Of a stretch of 64,000 bases of DNA, positions 10,533 to 21,083 are shown piece by piece. How positions within the stretch are numbered: position 1 is the stretch's first letter; the number at the start of each line of letters is the position of its first letter. The DNA is from Salibacteraceae bacterium (GTDB taxonomy: Bacteria > Bacteroidota > Bacteroidia > Flavobacteriales_D > Crocinitomicaceae). The notes below the pieces were generated by a model. It did not search any database and had not been told where the DNA came from. It worked only from the letters and a program-made list of their open reading frames with translations. Both the position numbers and the translations under genes were made by a program. The stretch covers positions 2,624 to 66,623 of the forward strand of contig JBLHVW010000003.1 of NCBI GenBank assembly GCA_047628775.1, in the 5' to 3' direction.

Positions 10533-10622
10533 AATAGCTGGAATCGATAGCTATCGGGATGAACCAGAGAAAGCATTGCTTTCGAATACGAAGCCCCGTC
10601 CCCAGAACAAATAGCTGAGGTA
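10533..10622 (-). pseudogene. decayed tRNA-Phe-like remnant
   Basis: The minus strand contains CTCAGCTAT, AGCAATG and CTGGTTCA[13-nt insert]CGATTCCAGCTATT. These match the D-arm, anticodon-stem and T-arm/acceptor segments of the intact tRNA-Phe at 10694-10766, with insertions. Confidence 0.4.
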
Positions 10623-10653
10623 CGACAGCGTGTCGCTGGAAACCCTTAAACGC

Positions 10654-10683
10654 AAAAAAGGCGTCCATTTCTGAACGCCTTTA
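10654..10683 (-). terminator. rho-independent terminator of tRNA-Phe
   Basis: Minus strand AAAGGCGT-TCAGAAATGG-ACGCCTTT followed by TTTGCG, starting about 10 nt after the tRNA 3' end. Confidence 0.7.
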
Positions 10684-10693
10684 CCAATTTATG

Positions 10694-10766
10694 TGGTGAT
10701 AGCTGGAATCGAACCAGCGACACATGGATTTTCAGTCCATTGCTCTACCGACTGAGCTATATCACC
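10694..10766 (-). tRNA. tRNA-Phe (anticodon GAA)
   Basis: Minus strand GGTGATATAGCTCAGTCGGTAGAGCAATGGACTGAAAATCCATGTGTCGCTGGTTCGATTCCAGCTATCACCA. It forms a cloverleaf with anticodon loop CTGAAAA and T-loop GGTTCGATTCC. Confidence 0.95.
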
Positions 10767-10851
10767 GTTTTAATTGTGCGGGCAAAGGTAATAACTTCTT
10801 TCTATTAACCATAAAGGTTAATTACTTTTTTTTCTTGATTATCTTTGCGCA

Positions 10852-11580
10852 ATGATATCAGAGAACATTGTACTTGTAATTGACGCCGGGAACACTTCTA
10901 TCAAAGTAGGACATTTTCAGGAAGATACGCTTGTTGACGTGCATCGTTTTTCAAACAATGACATGGATAAATTTTATTCATATTTAGATGAAAATAATTC
11001 TTCAAGTCGTGTTTTATCTTCTGTTTTATCGGATAAAGCCACCCAAAACATAGTTGAAAAGACAAATTCGTTTCTTGTTACGACAGAAACTTCGCTTCCA
11101 ATTCGCATTGAATACGGCACAAAAAACACGCTTGGTGTGGATCGAATGTGCAACGCCGTAGCTACTTCTGTTTTATTAAAAACTGCATTTGGTGTCAGTA
11201 TAGACATTGGAACTTGCATAAAATTTGATCTCGTTTCTAAAAATGATGGTTATTTGGGAGGATCAATTGCGCCAGGTATCAACCTAAGATACAAGGCTTT
11301 AAATGACTACACAGGTAAATTACCACTGCTTTCCAATAAATCAGCAACACAACTCGTTGGTAACGATACCAATTCAAGTATTCAATCTGGTGTTTTGAAC
11401 GGAATGAATGCTGAGATTAACGGATTGATTAAGATGTATTCTGAACAATATAGCGACTTAACTTTTTTTATGACAGGTGGGGATACAAGATACTTTGATT
11501 TAGACTCAAAAAATGACATCTTTGCAGACGAAAATTTGACCTTAATCGGTCTATTTGAAATATTTAAGCATAATGGGTAA
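10852..11580 (+). CDS. coaX: type III pantothenate kinase
   Basis: LVIDAGNTSIKVGHF, GVDRMCNAVA, DIGTCIKFD and GGSIAPGI motifs of the CoaX/Bvg accessory factor family. Confidence 0.9.
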   Translation: MISENIVLVIDAGNTSIKVGHFQEDTLVDVHRFSNNDMDKFYSYLDENNSSSRVLSSVLSDKATQNIVEKTNSFLVTTETSLPIRIEYGTKNTLGVDRMCNAVATSVLLKTAFGVSIDIGTCIKFDLVSKNDGYLGGSIAPGINLRYKALNDYTGKLPLLSNKSATQLVGNDTNSSIQSGVLNGMNAEINGLIKMYSEQYSDLTFFMTGGDTRYFDLDSKNDIFADENLTLIGLFEIFKHNG

Positions 11581-12916
11581 AATCATATTTATACTTCTAT
11601 TGTTCATTGGGAATTTATCCATTGCTCAAAATTCTATTAACTCAACTTTTAGCTCTTATGGCATTGGTGAATCAAACGGCTTAGACCATTCGACATTTTT
11701 AGGCGTTGGGAATGCGACCATTTCGATGGTAGATTCAACAGTCCTAAACTTTTACAATCCTGCATCTTACTCATCAATTGGAAAGGGACAACCTCTTTTT
11801 TCTTTTGGTACTTCAAGTCGATTATCGAATTACAATGAGGGAAGCGCAAACGAATTCAATACAAATACATCCATTCAACATTTCGCTTTTGGACTATCCT
11901 TCGCGAACCGTTTGGGAATGGCTTTCGGCTTGCAACCATACAGCAGAAGAGGATACGACTTTAATGTTGGTGATTTTATTGATTCAGATTCAATCACATA
12001 CACCTACCAAGGAACTGGAACGATCAACAAAGCCTTTCTGGGATTGTCCGCTGATATTATAAAGCTTGACAGTACGCGTCTTTCGGTAGGAGCTAATTTG
12101 GGATTCCTTTTCGGAAACGTTTCAAACACAAGAAAAGCAGTTCTGTTTAGTACAACACAAAATGGTGGTGTTGGAGTTAAAACGTACGATATTCGTTCAT
12201 TTCACTACGATCTAGGACTTTCATTTAGCCACCAATTTAATTCGAATCACTCTGTTGGAGTTTATGCAACATTTGATCCGCTCCAAAAATTAAACACGAC
12301 TTACGAAGAAGGGGTTTATTACGCTTCACAGGTTGATAACCCAAGCACTTACGACACTTCGTATTATCTTTCACAAACTTCGGGGACGTTAACGAATGTA
12401 CCTAAACTCACGTATGGCTTTAGCTATAAGTACAGGTTTACGGATTCTAAGAAGATCCAACGTAAGTTGCATCCAGAGTTTGCTGTTTATGCGACATACA
12501 GCACTTCAGACTGGTCGAAATTTGAAAACACATTTTCAACAGATTCGGCAACAACTTTCTTTAACACTTCGAAGATCTCATTTGGCGTTCAATTCATACC
12601 GGAAGCAGAGTTTCAGCTGAACACAGCAACAACAAGTTTTTTAGCTAGAGTGAGATACAGAGCTGGTTTCTACAGCTATACGCTCCCTTACACAACGAAT
12701 GGTGATCAAGTTTCAGATTTTGGCACAACATTTGGTTTTGGTATACCGATTGCTGTTCAGAAATCGCTATCATCTATTAACTTTGGATTCTCAGTTGGTA
12801 GCAGAGGAGTAGCTGATCAGACCCAATTAAAAGAAAACTATTACGGAATAAGCCTCGGAATTACAATAGCACCAGGTGATACTGAAAAGTGGTTCCGTAA
12901 GCGAAAATTGAACTAA
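11555..12916 (+). CDS. putative outer-membrane beta-barrel protein
   Basis: Signal peptide (IFILLLFIGNLSIAQ) and alternating aromatic/glycine-rich beta-strand-like pattern throughout. Family not recognised. The start may be the ATG at 11573, overlapping the coaX stop. Confidence 0.55.
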   Translation: MKYLSIMGKIIFILLLFIGNLSIAQNSINSTFSSYGIGESNGLDHSTFLGVGNATISMVDSTVLNFYNPASYSSIGKGQPLFSFGTSSRLSNYNEGSANEFNTNTSIQHFAFGLSFANRLGMAFGLQPYSRRGYDFNVGDFIDSDSITYTYQGTGTINKAFLGLSADIIKLDSTRLSVGANLGFLFGNVSNTRKAVLFSTTQNGGVGVKTYDIRSFHYDLGLSFSHQFNSNHSVGVYATFDPLQKLNTTYEEGVYYASQVDNPSTYDTSYYLSQTSGTLTNVPKLTYGFSYKYRFTDSKKIQRKLHPEFAVYATYSTSDWSKFENTFSTDSATTFFNTSKISFGVQFIPEAEFQLNTATTSFLARVRYRAGFYSYTLPYTTNGDQVSDFGTTFGFGIPIAVQKSLSSINFGFSVGSRGVADQTQLKENYYGISLGITIAPGDTEKWFRKRKLN

Positions 12917-12921
12917 CTAAA

Positions 12922-14232
12922 GTGATAAATATGAAACTAGGAAGTATCTTATTAGGAGCATCGATGATTCTTGCAAGTGCAACGTTTGCACAAGACGATA
13001 ATCGCGAATGCAAAAGAATGCGGTTTATAGCTAACGAAGCTATGAGAGTAGAGAATTATAAAGAAGCAACAGAGTATTTTATCAAAGCTGAAGTTACTTG
13101 TGGACCAGACTTCTTGAAAAATGATAATGGTGAAGACATTGGATCAGCGAACTACGATCGTTTAACTGGAAGTCTTATTCGTGTTATTAATGTGGAAACA
13201 GATGCTGACGCGAAAAAATTGTATGCTGATACATTGTGTGCTATTTGGGACAGAATGGATGAACAGAGCCTGTACGACAACAAAAACGACATGTACAGAG
13301 GAAATTTTGAACTTCAAAAATCAACTCCTGGTTATTTAAAAGCGGATAAGTACTTTACGCGAGGAATTGCTGCTCACGCAAATGGCGGAACTCCAGTTCA
13401 AGAGATGTACATTCCTTTGCATTACTACAACACGTTTACACTTTTCCTCATGGAGCAAGATGCAGAAAATAAAAATGTGATAAAGAAAAGAATGATCAAT
13501 GATTATTTTGATTTATCAAAATTGATCACAAAATCAAACTTCTCACTTAGAGCACAAGAAGGTATTACAGTTTATTTCAACTCGGCTGTTCAAACATGTG
13601 ATGATTTAACACCAGAGATTGCCGGATTCATTGCAGATCTTTCAGAAGACGTTGAAGCAGCTAAAAATTCTTTAATGAGCTTAATCGATTTGATGGAAAC
13701 AAAGAGATGTGAAGATACACAGGAATACATGGACTTGATCAATGCGTATTTGGAAAGAGATCCTGAATCTTTGAAAGCGCTTGAAATGAAAGCGAAGATT
13801 TTGGAGAAAGAAAACAAATACCGCGAAGCAAATGTTATTTACGAAAAGTTAATTGCTTCTCCAGAAATAACAGACGAACGGAAAGCGGAATTGAAGTACA
13901 AAATTGTAGACAACCTTTTCAAAATGAGATCTTACAACGCAGCTTACAGCAAAGCAATGAACATTCAAGGAAAATTTAGAGGAAAGGCAATGTCGATAGC
14001 GGGACAGTGTGTTGGTCAATTGGCAAACGAATGTGGCGTAAGTACTTTCGATAGAAATTGCAACTTCATCTACGCTGTTCAACTTTTAGAGCAGTCTGGA
14101 GGAGCTGCAGGTGCTAGCTTAATTACAAGCTACAAGGCAAAATTCCCGACAGCAAGAGATTGTTTCGGCGAAGGAAACCCTGCATCAGTTACTCTTGAAT
14201 GTTGGGGAGTAACGGTGAAACCGTGCAACTAG
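12922..14232 (+). CDS. hypothetical secreted helical (TPR-like) protein
   Basis: 436-aa ORF with a signal peptide (ILASATFAQ), helix-rich composition and conserved Cys pairs at both ends. Function unknown. Confidence 0.55.
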   Translation: MINMKLGSILLGASMILASATFAQDDNRECKRMRFIANEAMRVENYKEATEYFIKAEVTCGPDFLKNDNGEDIGSANYDRLTGSLIRVINVETDADAKKLYADTLCAIWDRMDEQSLYDNKNDMYRGNFELQKSTPGYLKADKYFTRGIAAHANGGTPVQEMYIPLHYYNTFTLFLMEQDAENKNVIKKRMINDYFDLSKLITKSNFSLRAQEGITVYFNSAVQTCDDLTPEIAGFIADLSEDVEAAKNSLMSLIDLMETKRCEDTQEYMDLINAYLERDPESLKALEMKAKILEKENKYREANVIYEKLIASPEITDERKAELKYKIVDNLFKMRSYNAAYSKAMNIQGKFRGKAMSIAGQCVGQLANECGVSTFDRNCNFIYAVQLLEQSGGAAGASLITSYKAKFPTARDCFGEGNPASVTLECWGVTVKPCN

Positions 14233-14233
14233 A

Positions 14234-14800
14234 ATGAAGTCAAATTCATCGAAAAAATTATTTAGAATACCTGCTGTGATTTTCGCAGCAGGTATTCTTA
14301 TTTCATGTGTAAATGATTTGGACACAATTGAAAAAGTAACCTTCGATGACAAAGCAGCGGGAGAAGTGATGGCCAATGCCGAAGTTCTAATTACTGACTC
14401 AGGATATGCCCAAGTGAGAATTCACGCTGTGATAGCGGAAACCTTCAAAGTGCCAGAAAGAGTTACAAAAATCAAAGATGGAGTTACTGTTGACTTTTAC
14501 TCTCCTGACGGGAAAATTGTCTCAAAATTAACGGCTTTGTATGGAGTGGTGAACCACCAAACAGGTATCATGTTTGTTCGGGATTCCGTTGTGCTCCGCA
14601 ACATTAATAAAAATCAAATTCTTGAAACCGAAGAATTGTTCTACAATCAACGCGACAGTTCTATTTACACAGACCGAAACGTGATTGTAAGAAGAAACGG
14701 CAAGGTTGGAACGGGCTCAGGCATCCGAACAACTCAATCTTTCAGCTCCTATAGAGTTAATAATCCAGTTGGTGAAGCTGCGATGTCCGATTCTGATTAG
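14234..14800 (+). CDS. lptC: LPS export periplasmic protein LptC-like lipoprotein
   Basis: 188 aa with lipobox ILISC. OstA-like beta-jellyroll pattern (ITDSGYAQVRIHA, MFVRDSVVLRN, LETEELFYNQRDSSIYTDRNVIV, GSGIRTTQSFSSYRV), as in Bacteroidota LptC. Confidence 0.65.
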   Translation: MKSNSSKKLFRIPAVIFAAGILISCVNDLDTIEKVTFDDKAAGEVMANAEVLITDSGYAQVRIHAVIAETFKVPERVTKIKDGVTVDFYSPDGKIVSKLTALYGVVNHQTGIMFVRDSVVLRNINKNQILETEELFYNQRDSSIYTDRNVIVRRNGKVGTGSGIRTTQSFSSYRVNNPVGEAAMSDSD

Positions 14801-14829
14801 AATCACTACTTTTATCAAAAACTTACGCA

Positions 14830-15060
14830 ATGCAGTTGTACAATAAAATCATGCTTTTCTTTTGGCTTTTCATCGGAGTCCTAATTTTCGTAATTGTCAC
14901 TTACATGGGATTCACTGAGAAAAGTGGCTTTAAAATCTGGGCATATTATTACCTGTTTTCTGGACTTTCTTTCCTCATGTACTTCGTTCGTCGTTGGATG
15001 ATAAAACGCATGGAAAAGCACCTCAAATACATGGCAGAGAAAGAAGCCAGCGAAGAATAG
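14830..15060 (+). CDS. small two-TM membrane protein
   Basis: 76-aa ORF with two hydrophobic segments, no competing ORF. Confidence 0.5.
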   Translation: MQLYNKIMLFFWLFIGVLIFVIVTYMGFTEKSGFKIWAYYYLFSGLSFLMYFVRRWMIKRMEKHLKYMAEKEASEE

Positions 15061-15221
15061 AAAACCCCTTCCATCACATTTATAGTTAATTCATTAGCCT
15101 CTACGTTACCTTAGTCACATTCTTGATTACAATGGTTGAACAATTCTGTATTTTTAATTGTTCAAGACAGAAATATGTTGAATTTTGTAACTAAACCTGC
15201 AATGAACTTGTCCTATATACA

Positions 15222-17738
15222 ATGAAAATTGCGCAACTTATAACCCTTTTGAGTTTTCTTCTTTTAGGAGGAAGTTTAAATGCTCAAAAGCTTCTCAAAG
15301 GAACAATAACGGATGAATTAGGCAATCCAATTCCGCATGCCAAGGTGTTCGTTAAAAACTCCACGGAGCTAAGAACGGTGGCCGATGCCGACGGGTATTA
15401 TGAAATGCGATTGATTCCGGATGAGTATTTTCTGTTTTTTAGTGCAGGTGGCTATGACACGCGAGAAGCATACGTTACAATTTCAGAAATTACGGTTACC
15501 AAGGACATGGTCCTTTTTCCAACGAAGATTCAAAATATTGAAGATATCAACGTATCCGTGAAAAAATCGAATCCTGGACGCGAAATCATGTTAAAGGTGG
15601 TCGCGAAAAGAGATCAGACGAATCTATGGAATTATCCGCATTCCGTTCATGGTTATATCAAGGCGACTGAGAAAATTACGCGAAAAGAAGATGACAAACC
15701 TGAAGATGAAAAGAAAACAAAGAAGGATTCCGATGAAGAAGTAAACACTGACCCTTCAGGTATTGAAGATCCATTTGCAGAAAAACACAAAGCAGATGAG
15801 GAGTTGTCCAAAAATATGAATTTGATTGAGGTCGATTTTATACGAAATTATGGATCTAAATGGAAAGTAAAGGAGTTAAGAACCGCATTTGAGCAAAGAG
15901 GAAGCAAAAGAAACAAACTCTATTACACAACGACGGTTAAATCAAATTTCAATTTCTTCTCCAACTTATTGCATTTGGATGATTTGCACCAAACACCTGT
16001 GAGTTCGCCTATTTCTGGACCAGGGATTTTATCCTACAAATACAAACTCGTTGAACAATACGAGGAAAACGGACAAAAAATAAGCAAGATTAAAATAATC
16101 GCTCGAAATACGGCGACAACAACTTTAGCGGGTCATATTTATGTCGTTGATTCGCTGTGGTTGGTTCAAAAACTAGAACTGACAATGGAGAAAGGCAACC
16201 TGCTTGTCTATGATTACTTCACAATCACTCAAGAGTTTGACCATCCAGGAGATACGATGTGTGTTCTAAGAAAACAGGTTTTAGATTACGGAGTAGAATA
16301 CAAGAATGAAACATCGACGTGTACGACAACCGCCAATTTTGACAGTTATAATTTCGATCCTCAATTCCCACCTAAGTTTTTCGGAAATGAAGTGGCCATC
16401 ACTGAACAAGAAGCTTACGATAAAGACACAACGTATTGGAGTGAAAAACGCCAGGTTAAACTAACACCAGAAGAACGCCAATTCATCATTACCAAAGACA
16501 GTATTTACGACGCACAGCATCGAACGGAATATTTAGATTCTATAGATAAAATATTCAATAAGGTGACTGCACTAAAGGTGCTTTGGTGGGGAATCGATCA
16601 TCGGAATCGAGCGAAAAAGACGCAATGGGGATTCAGCTCTATCGCAGGTCTGGCTCGGCCAATTTACATTGCAGGCCCGAGAATTGCACCTGGTTTTTCC
16701 TTCTTTAAAAAATGGGATGATGAACGGTGGATAGATTTTGAAGCGGAAGTTTCTTACGGGTTTATGAACTCGGATATAAAGGGTGACATTGGTGGCGATT
16801 TCAGATACAGTCCTTTTCACTTTGGAACCGTCGGATTTAAATTGGCCCATGGGTTTGATGCCATTCGAGGATTTGACGCAATTACCCAAATCTACAAGCG
16901 GGATAATTTCATAGAAGTTACGGATTTAACAATCGACCATTCTTATGAAATATTAAATGGGATGTATCTTGAAACAGAAGTTTCATTTACGGAACGAAGA
17001 AGTCTCAAAGACTACGAGTTCATCACAGCGGTCGATGAAGTTCTACCAAACAATGAACCAACTGAATTTCAAGCCTATCAAGCCTTAATTTTTGGCGCAA
17101 CTTTGAAGTACACACCAGGCCAACGCTACATGCGTGAGCCGAACAGAAAAGTAGTTTTGGGTTCAAAATGGCCAATGTTTTATGCTTGGTACGAAAAAGG
17201 AATTCGTGGTGTTTTAGGAAGTGATGTAGATCATGACTACATCCGATTTGGAATTCTGCAGACATTTAAGATCGGAACCCTTGGTACGTCAAGTTATCAT
17301 GTAACGACAGGTCTGTTCTTAAACACGAATCGACTTCAAGATGCGGATCAAAAATTCCACAGACGAAGCGACCCTTTTTGGTTCTCTAACCCATTGTATT
17401 CGTTCCAAGGATTGGATTCTACACTTCCGACGCAAAAGATCTACTACGAGGCGCATTTCGTTCACCACGACAACGGAGCGATCTTAAACAAGATTCCGTT
17501 CATGAAGAAAACAGGTATTGGGCTTGTTATTGGAGGAGGAGCGCTATACATCCCTGAATTCAATTGGCAGCATTTTGAAATCCTTGCTGGATTGGAACGT
17601 AATTTCAAATTCTCTAAGCGCCGTTTGCGTGTTGGAATCTACGGCGTTCTCTCCGATGGGAATAAAATTGATCCTACTCCAAGTTTTAAAATTTCATTCG
17701 CCGTTCTGAACAATCGGAATTTGAAGTGGAATTTTTAA
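15222..17738 (+). CDS. carboxypeptidase-regulatory-like domain / DUF5686-type outer membrane-associated protein
   Basis: Signal peptide, then a CarboxypepD_reg-like start (LKGTITDELGNPIPHAKVFVKNS...TVADADGYYEM). The length of about 840 aa and C-terminal beta-rich region are typical of DUF5686 proteins. Confidence 0.7.
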   Translation: MKIAQLITLLSFLLLGGSLNAQKLLKGTITDELGNPIPHAKVFVKNSTELRTVADADGYYEMRLIPDEYFLFFSAGGYDTREAYVTISEITVTKDMVLFPTKIQNIEDINVSVKKSNPGREIMLKVVAKRDQTNLWNYPHSVHGYIKATEKITRKEDDKPEDEKKTKKDSDEEVNTDPSGIEDPFAEKHKADEELSKNMNLIEVDFIRNYGSKWKVKELRTAFEQRGSKRNKLYYTTTVKSNFNFFSNLLHLDDLHQTPVSSPISGPGILSYKYKLVEQYEENGQKISKIKIIARNTATTTLAGHIYVVDSLWLVQKLELTMEKGNLLVYDYFTITQEFDHPGDTMCVLRKQVLDYGVEYKNETSTCTTTANFDSYNFDPQFPPKFFGNEVAITEQEAYDKDTTYWSEKRQVKLTPEERQFIITKDSIYDAQHRTEYLDSIDKIFNKVTALKVLWWGIDHRNRAKKTQWGFSSIAGLARPIYIAGPRIAPGFSFFKKWDDERWIDFEAEVSYGFMNSDIKGDIGGDFRYSPFHFGTVGFKLAHGFDAIRGFDAITQIYKRDNFIEVTDLTIDHSYEILNGMYLETEVSFTERRSLKDYEFITAVDEVLPNNEPTEFQAYQALIFGATLKYTPGQRYMREPNRKVVLGSKWPMFYAWYEKGIRGVLGSDVDHDYIRFGILQTFKIGTLGTSSYHVTTGLFLNTNRLQDADQKFHRRSDPFWFSNPLYSFQGLDSTLPTQKIYYEAHFVHHDNGAILNKIPFMKKTGIGLVIGGGALYIPEFNWQHFEILAGLERNFKFSKRRLRVGIYGVLSDGNKIDPTPSFKISFAVLNNRNLKWNF

Positions 17739-17838
17739 GATTGATTGTTCGATCTTTAGATCGTTCGAATATTCGATAAATCGGACCATCGAATAATCGC
17801 TTTTTCTCTTAAATTTGTCTTCAACAAAAAATTGAGCC

Positions 17839-19029
17839 ATGTACAGCAAAATGAAAGATCATCTTCAGTCGGAATTAAAAGCGATTGACGAAGCCGGAAT
17901 ATATAAGCGAGAAAGAATTATAACTTCGCCTCAAGGAGCAAACGTTCATGTGAGCACTGGAGAAGATGTGATCATCATGTGTGCAAACAATTACTTGGGT
18001 CTTTCATCTCATCCAGATGTAATTCAAGCTTCAAAAGATGCCTTGGATTCGCATGGTTTTGGAATGTCATCGGTTCGATTTATTTGCGGTACTCAAGACA
18101 TACACAAAGAACTTGAAGCGAAAATCTCTAAGTTCTATGGCAATGAGGATACGATTCTTTACGCAGCGGCATTTGACGCCAACGGTGGGCTTTTTGAACC
18201 TTTATTTACAGCAGAAGATGCTATTATTTCTGATGAGTTGAACCATGCTTCTATCATTGATGGCGTTCGTTTGTGTAAAGCACAGCGTTACCGATACAAG
18301 CACTCAAACATGGAAGACTTGGAAACGCAATTAATAGCAGCCCAAGAACAACGCTTCAGAATTATCGTGACAGACGGTGTTTTCTCGATGGATGGTGATT
18401 TGGCCAAAATGGACGAAATCTGTGCATTGGCTGATAAATATGACGCTTTGGTAATGTCAGATGAGTGCCATTCTGCTGGATTTATTGGAAAAACAGGTCG
18501 TGGTGTTCCAGAACATTGTGGAGTTGAAGACCGTGTTGATATTATAACTGGAACTTTAGGAAAAGCATTAGGCGGTGCAATGGGCGGTTATACAACTGGA
18601 CCAAAAGAAATCATTGACATGCTTCGTCAAAAGTCGCGCCCATATTTATTCTCAAATTCATTGGCCCCATCAATTGTTGGTGCCTCAATTAAAGTGTTTG
18701 ATATTTTAAGTTCGAATACGGAGCTTAGAGATCAACTTGAGGAGAACACAAAATACTTCAAGGACCAAATTGTTGCTGCTGGTTTCGATATCAAACCGGG
18801 TGATTCACCAATTGTTCCGATCATGTTATACGATGCGGCATTGTCACAAAAATTCGCAGATAAATTATTAGAAGAAGGCGTTTACGCTATTGGATTCTTC
18901 TACCCTGTTGTAGCGAAAGGCGCAGCTAGAATCCGCACGCAAATTTCTGCGGCTCACTCTAAAGCTGATTTGGATAAAGCTGCAGCTGCATTCATCAAGA
19001 TTGGTAAGGAATTAGGCGTAATTGACTAA
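17839..19029 (+). CDS. kbl: glycine C-acetyltransferase (2-amino-3-ketobutyrate CoA ligase)
   Basis: [43 protein letters not shown] and TLGKALGG (PLP lysine region), typical of Kbl. Confidence 0.9.
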   Translation: MYSKMKDHLQSELKAIDEAGIYKRERIITSPQGANVHVSTGEDVIIMCANNYLGLSSHPDVIQASKDALDSHGFGMSSVRFICGTQDIHKELEAKISKFYGNEDTILYAAAFDANGGLFEPLFTAEDAIISDELNHASIIDGVRLCKAQRYRYKHSNMEDLETQLIAAQEQRFRIIVTDGVFSMDGDLAKMDEICALADKYDALVMSDECHSAGFIGKTGRGVPEHCGVEDRVDIITGTLGKALGGAMGGYTTGPKEIIDMLRQKSRPYLFSNSLAPSIVGASIKVFDILSSNTELRDQLEENTKYFKDQIVAAGFDIKPGDSPIVPIMLYDAALSQKFADKLLEEGVYAIGFFYPVVAKGAARIRTQISAAHSKADLDKAAAAFIKIGKELGVID

Positions 19030-19534
19030 GATGATCTCTAAAGGAGAACTTCACGAATTGGACGCGATTCTAAAGCTTACACGAGCTTGTGGCAAACACA
19101 TGCGTGATAATGGAATCGATCAGTGGGATGAGAACTATCCGGACCGCACCAGTCTTCTTAATGACCTCAATTCAGAGACATTATTCGTGTATCGAGAAGA
19201 TGGCGTTGTTCTGGGAATTGTTGTTCTCAATGAATCGCAAGATGAAGAATACGCGGAAATAAAATGGTCAACAAACGATGCCGACAGAAACATAGTTGTG
19301 CATCGTTTGGCGGTTCATCCAGATCAACAAGGAAAGGGAATTGCGCGAAAAATAATGGACTTCGCTGAAGTTTATGCAAAAGACCAAGGATACAACGCAA
19401 TTCGATTGGATACTTTTAGTCAGAATCCGAGAAATCAGAAATTTTACACGAACCGGGGTTATACTGATTTAGGCCCCGTTTATTTGAAATACAAAAAGGA
19501 CCATCCGTATTATTGCTACGAGATGTTGATCTAA
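19022..19534 (+). CDS. GNAT family N-acetyltransferase
   Basis: [23 protein letters not shown] acetyl-CoA binding motif. Overlaps the kbl stop by 8 nt. Confidence 0.8.
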   Translation: MTKMISKGELHELDAILKLTRACGKHMRDNGIDQWDENYPDRTSLLNDLNSETLFVYREDGVVLGIVVLNESQDEEYAEIKWSTNDADRNIVVHRLAVHPDQQGKGIARKIMDFAEVYAKDQGYNAIRLDTFSQNPRNQKFYTNRGYTDLGPVYLKYKKDHPYYCYEMLI

Positions 19535-20385
19535 TAAGTCGTTGTCATATCTTCATCAACGCAAATGATAAAATCGGCCTTGCCCCTATTCTCTTTTTCA
19601 AGCCTATCAATATTTTCTTGAGTGACTGTAGAAATCGTTCCGTAGTTCAAGTCTGGTTTTTGATCTTTCAAATACCATAAAATCCCCTCATAGAAATTAG
19701 AATGAAACGAACCATTAAAATGCAAAAAGAACTGACCTGTTTTATAAGTTCTTAAAATGAAATGGGCCATTGTTGCATCTTTGATTGCTTGCGCCATGAC
19801 TAGCTCCGGAGTTCCATGTTCACCCATCATATCCAAAATTGCTTTGTACTGAGGAAGTTCAGAATCGAATTTAATTGGCAGTGGTGCAATCCAAGATTTT
19901 TCCAAATCACTGATTGAATCCAGAGCCGATAACCCTCCATTTTTATACACGGCTCTAGCATATTTTCGAGGAATATTCGTTGCCGTGAATTCAAGGCCTT
20001 GGTCTCGAGCGTAATTTAGTAATGGTGCATAATCTGTTTCATAATTTGACCACAAACGTGCCGTTGAATCAAGTTCTTTAGCGTCCATTGTTCCTGCCAA
20101 ATAGAAATTCACTTGTTCTTGATTATCGGCTTCTAACATCTCTGCCCCAAGTATTAAATCCTTTTTTTTATCGATGTCTTTTGTCAATTCCAATTGCAAC
20201 CAATGCGCAATTGCACAATTGTGTTCTTCTCCAAAAAGTACGATATCCTTTTCCAGAAGCGACTTAAGCATTTTTGCATAAGTGACTTGTTTTCCTTTTG
20301 AATCGTAAATTTTATAAGGGGATTTGTCTTGAGAAAATGAAAAAGATGAAGCGATCAATGTGATGATTAGAAGTAGACTTTTCAT
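19531..20385 (-). CDS. ChaN-like (DUF399) lipoprotein/secreted protein
   Basis: VLFGEEHNCAIAHWLQLEL motif and overall ChaN/Tiki-like pattern. The ORF is open to 20484, but the signal peptide MKSLLLIITLIASSFSFSQ starts at 20385. Confidence 0.65.
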   Translation of the reverse strand: MKSLLLIITLIASSFSFSQDKSPYKIYDSKGKQVTYAKMLKSLLEKDIVLFGEEHNCAIAHWLQLELTKDIDKKKDLILGAEMLEADNQEQVNFYLAGTMDAKELDSTARLWSNYETDYAPLLNYARDQGLEFTATNIPRKYARAVYKNGGLSALDSISDLEKSWIAPLPIKFDSELPQYKAILDMMGEHGTPELVMAQAIKDATMAHFILRTYKTGQFFLHFNGSFHSNFYEGILWYLKDQKPDLNYGTISTVTQENIDRLEKENRGKADFIICVDEDMTTTY

Positions 20386-20629
20386 GTGGGTAGTGTCAAT
20401 TATTCTTGATAAAGATACGGAATCACGGTTGATTATGCCTGTGAATAAATTCAGAGGAGGTGCTGTGTTTTTCTTTTTAACCAAAAGGACACTAACCGCT
20501 TTTCAGGCTAGGCACTATGCAGAGTTTTGTTTTAGACACAAAGTAATGAAGACCTCAAGGTCTACTGGTGTCGAAGACCATCCAATTAGCTTAGTGGCCT
20601 TGTGTCTTGGTGGTAAAAAAAGTTCACAG

Positions 20630-20995
20630 CTACCAGGGAAAAATATGAATATATAAAATGCGAGACCATTTGTAATTCTTTTTAGCGAAAATAAAAATTG
20701 TACCAACGACCAACGTGATAACCCATTCAATAGAAAGTGTTGGGAGAATCAAAGCCGTCAAAACGAAAGCCGCTACTCCTTGCGCTACGGCCAGGCCATA
20801 ACTCAGATACATCGCACCAATAAAATAGCCAGGTTCACGCTCAAACTTATAATCACAATTCGGACATTTATCATTCATCACTGGAAACTTTAAAATTCCA
20901 GTTTTAAGTTTGAACACTTGCCCTTCATTACAATGAGGACACTTCTCTGCATTAACGTCTCTTATAAATCGAAATGGATTACTTTTCTTTCCCAT
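20630..20995 (-). CDS. DUF983 domain membrane protein
   Basis: CPHCNEG...CPNCDYKFEREPGYFIGAMYLSYG zinc-ribbon followed by TM segments. Confidence 0.75.
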   Translation of the reverse strand: MGKKSNPFRFIRDVNAEKCPHCNEGQVFKLKTGILKFPVMNDKCPNCDYKFEREPGYFIGAMYLSYGLAVAQGVAAFVLTALILPTLSIEWVITLVVGTIFIFAKKNYKWSRILYIHIFPW

Positions 20996-21083
20996 AAAAC
21001 AAATCTAGATCATATATCCCTTTGATTCAATTCATTTTCTACGCTATAAATAGTACTATTCGGACATTTTCGTAATTTTAAGA

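Noticed and set aside
10111-10668. ORFs 10111..10305, 10134..10334 and 10447..10668
   Set aside because: They overlap each other and the duplicated tRNA-Phe flank and decayed tRNA remnant. There are no coding signatures, so I treat the region as non-coding.
20360-20730. ORFs 20360..20656 (+) and 20515..20730 (-)
   Set aside because: They overlap the 5' end of the ChaN-like gene, the 3' end of the DUF983 gene, and each other. No motifs are present. The region is probably intergenic plus shadow frames.
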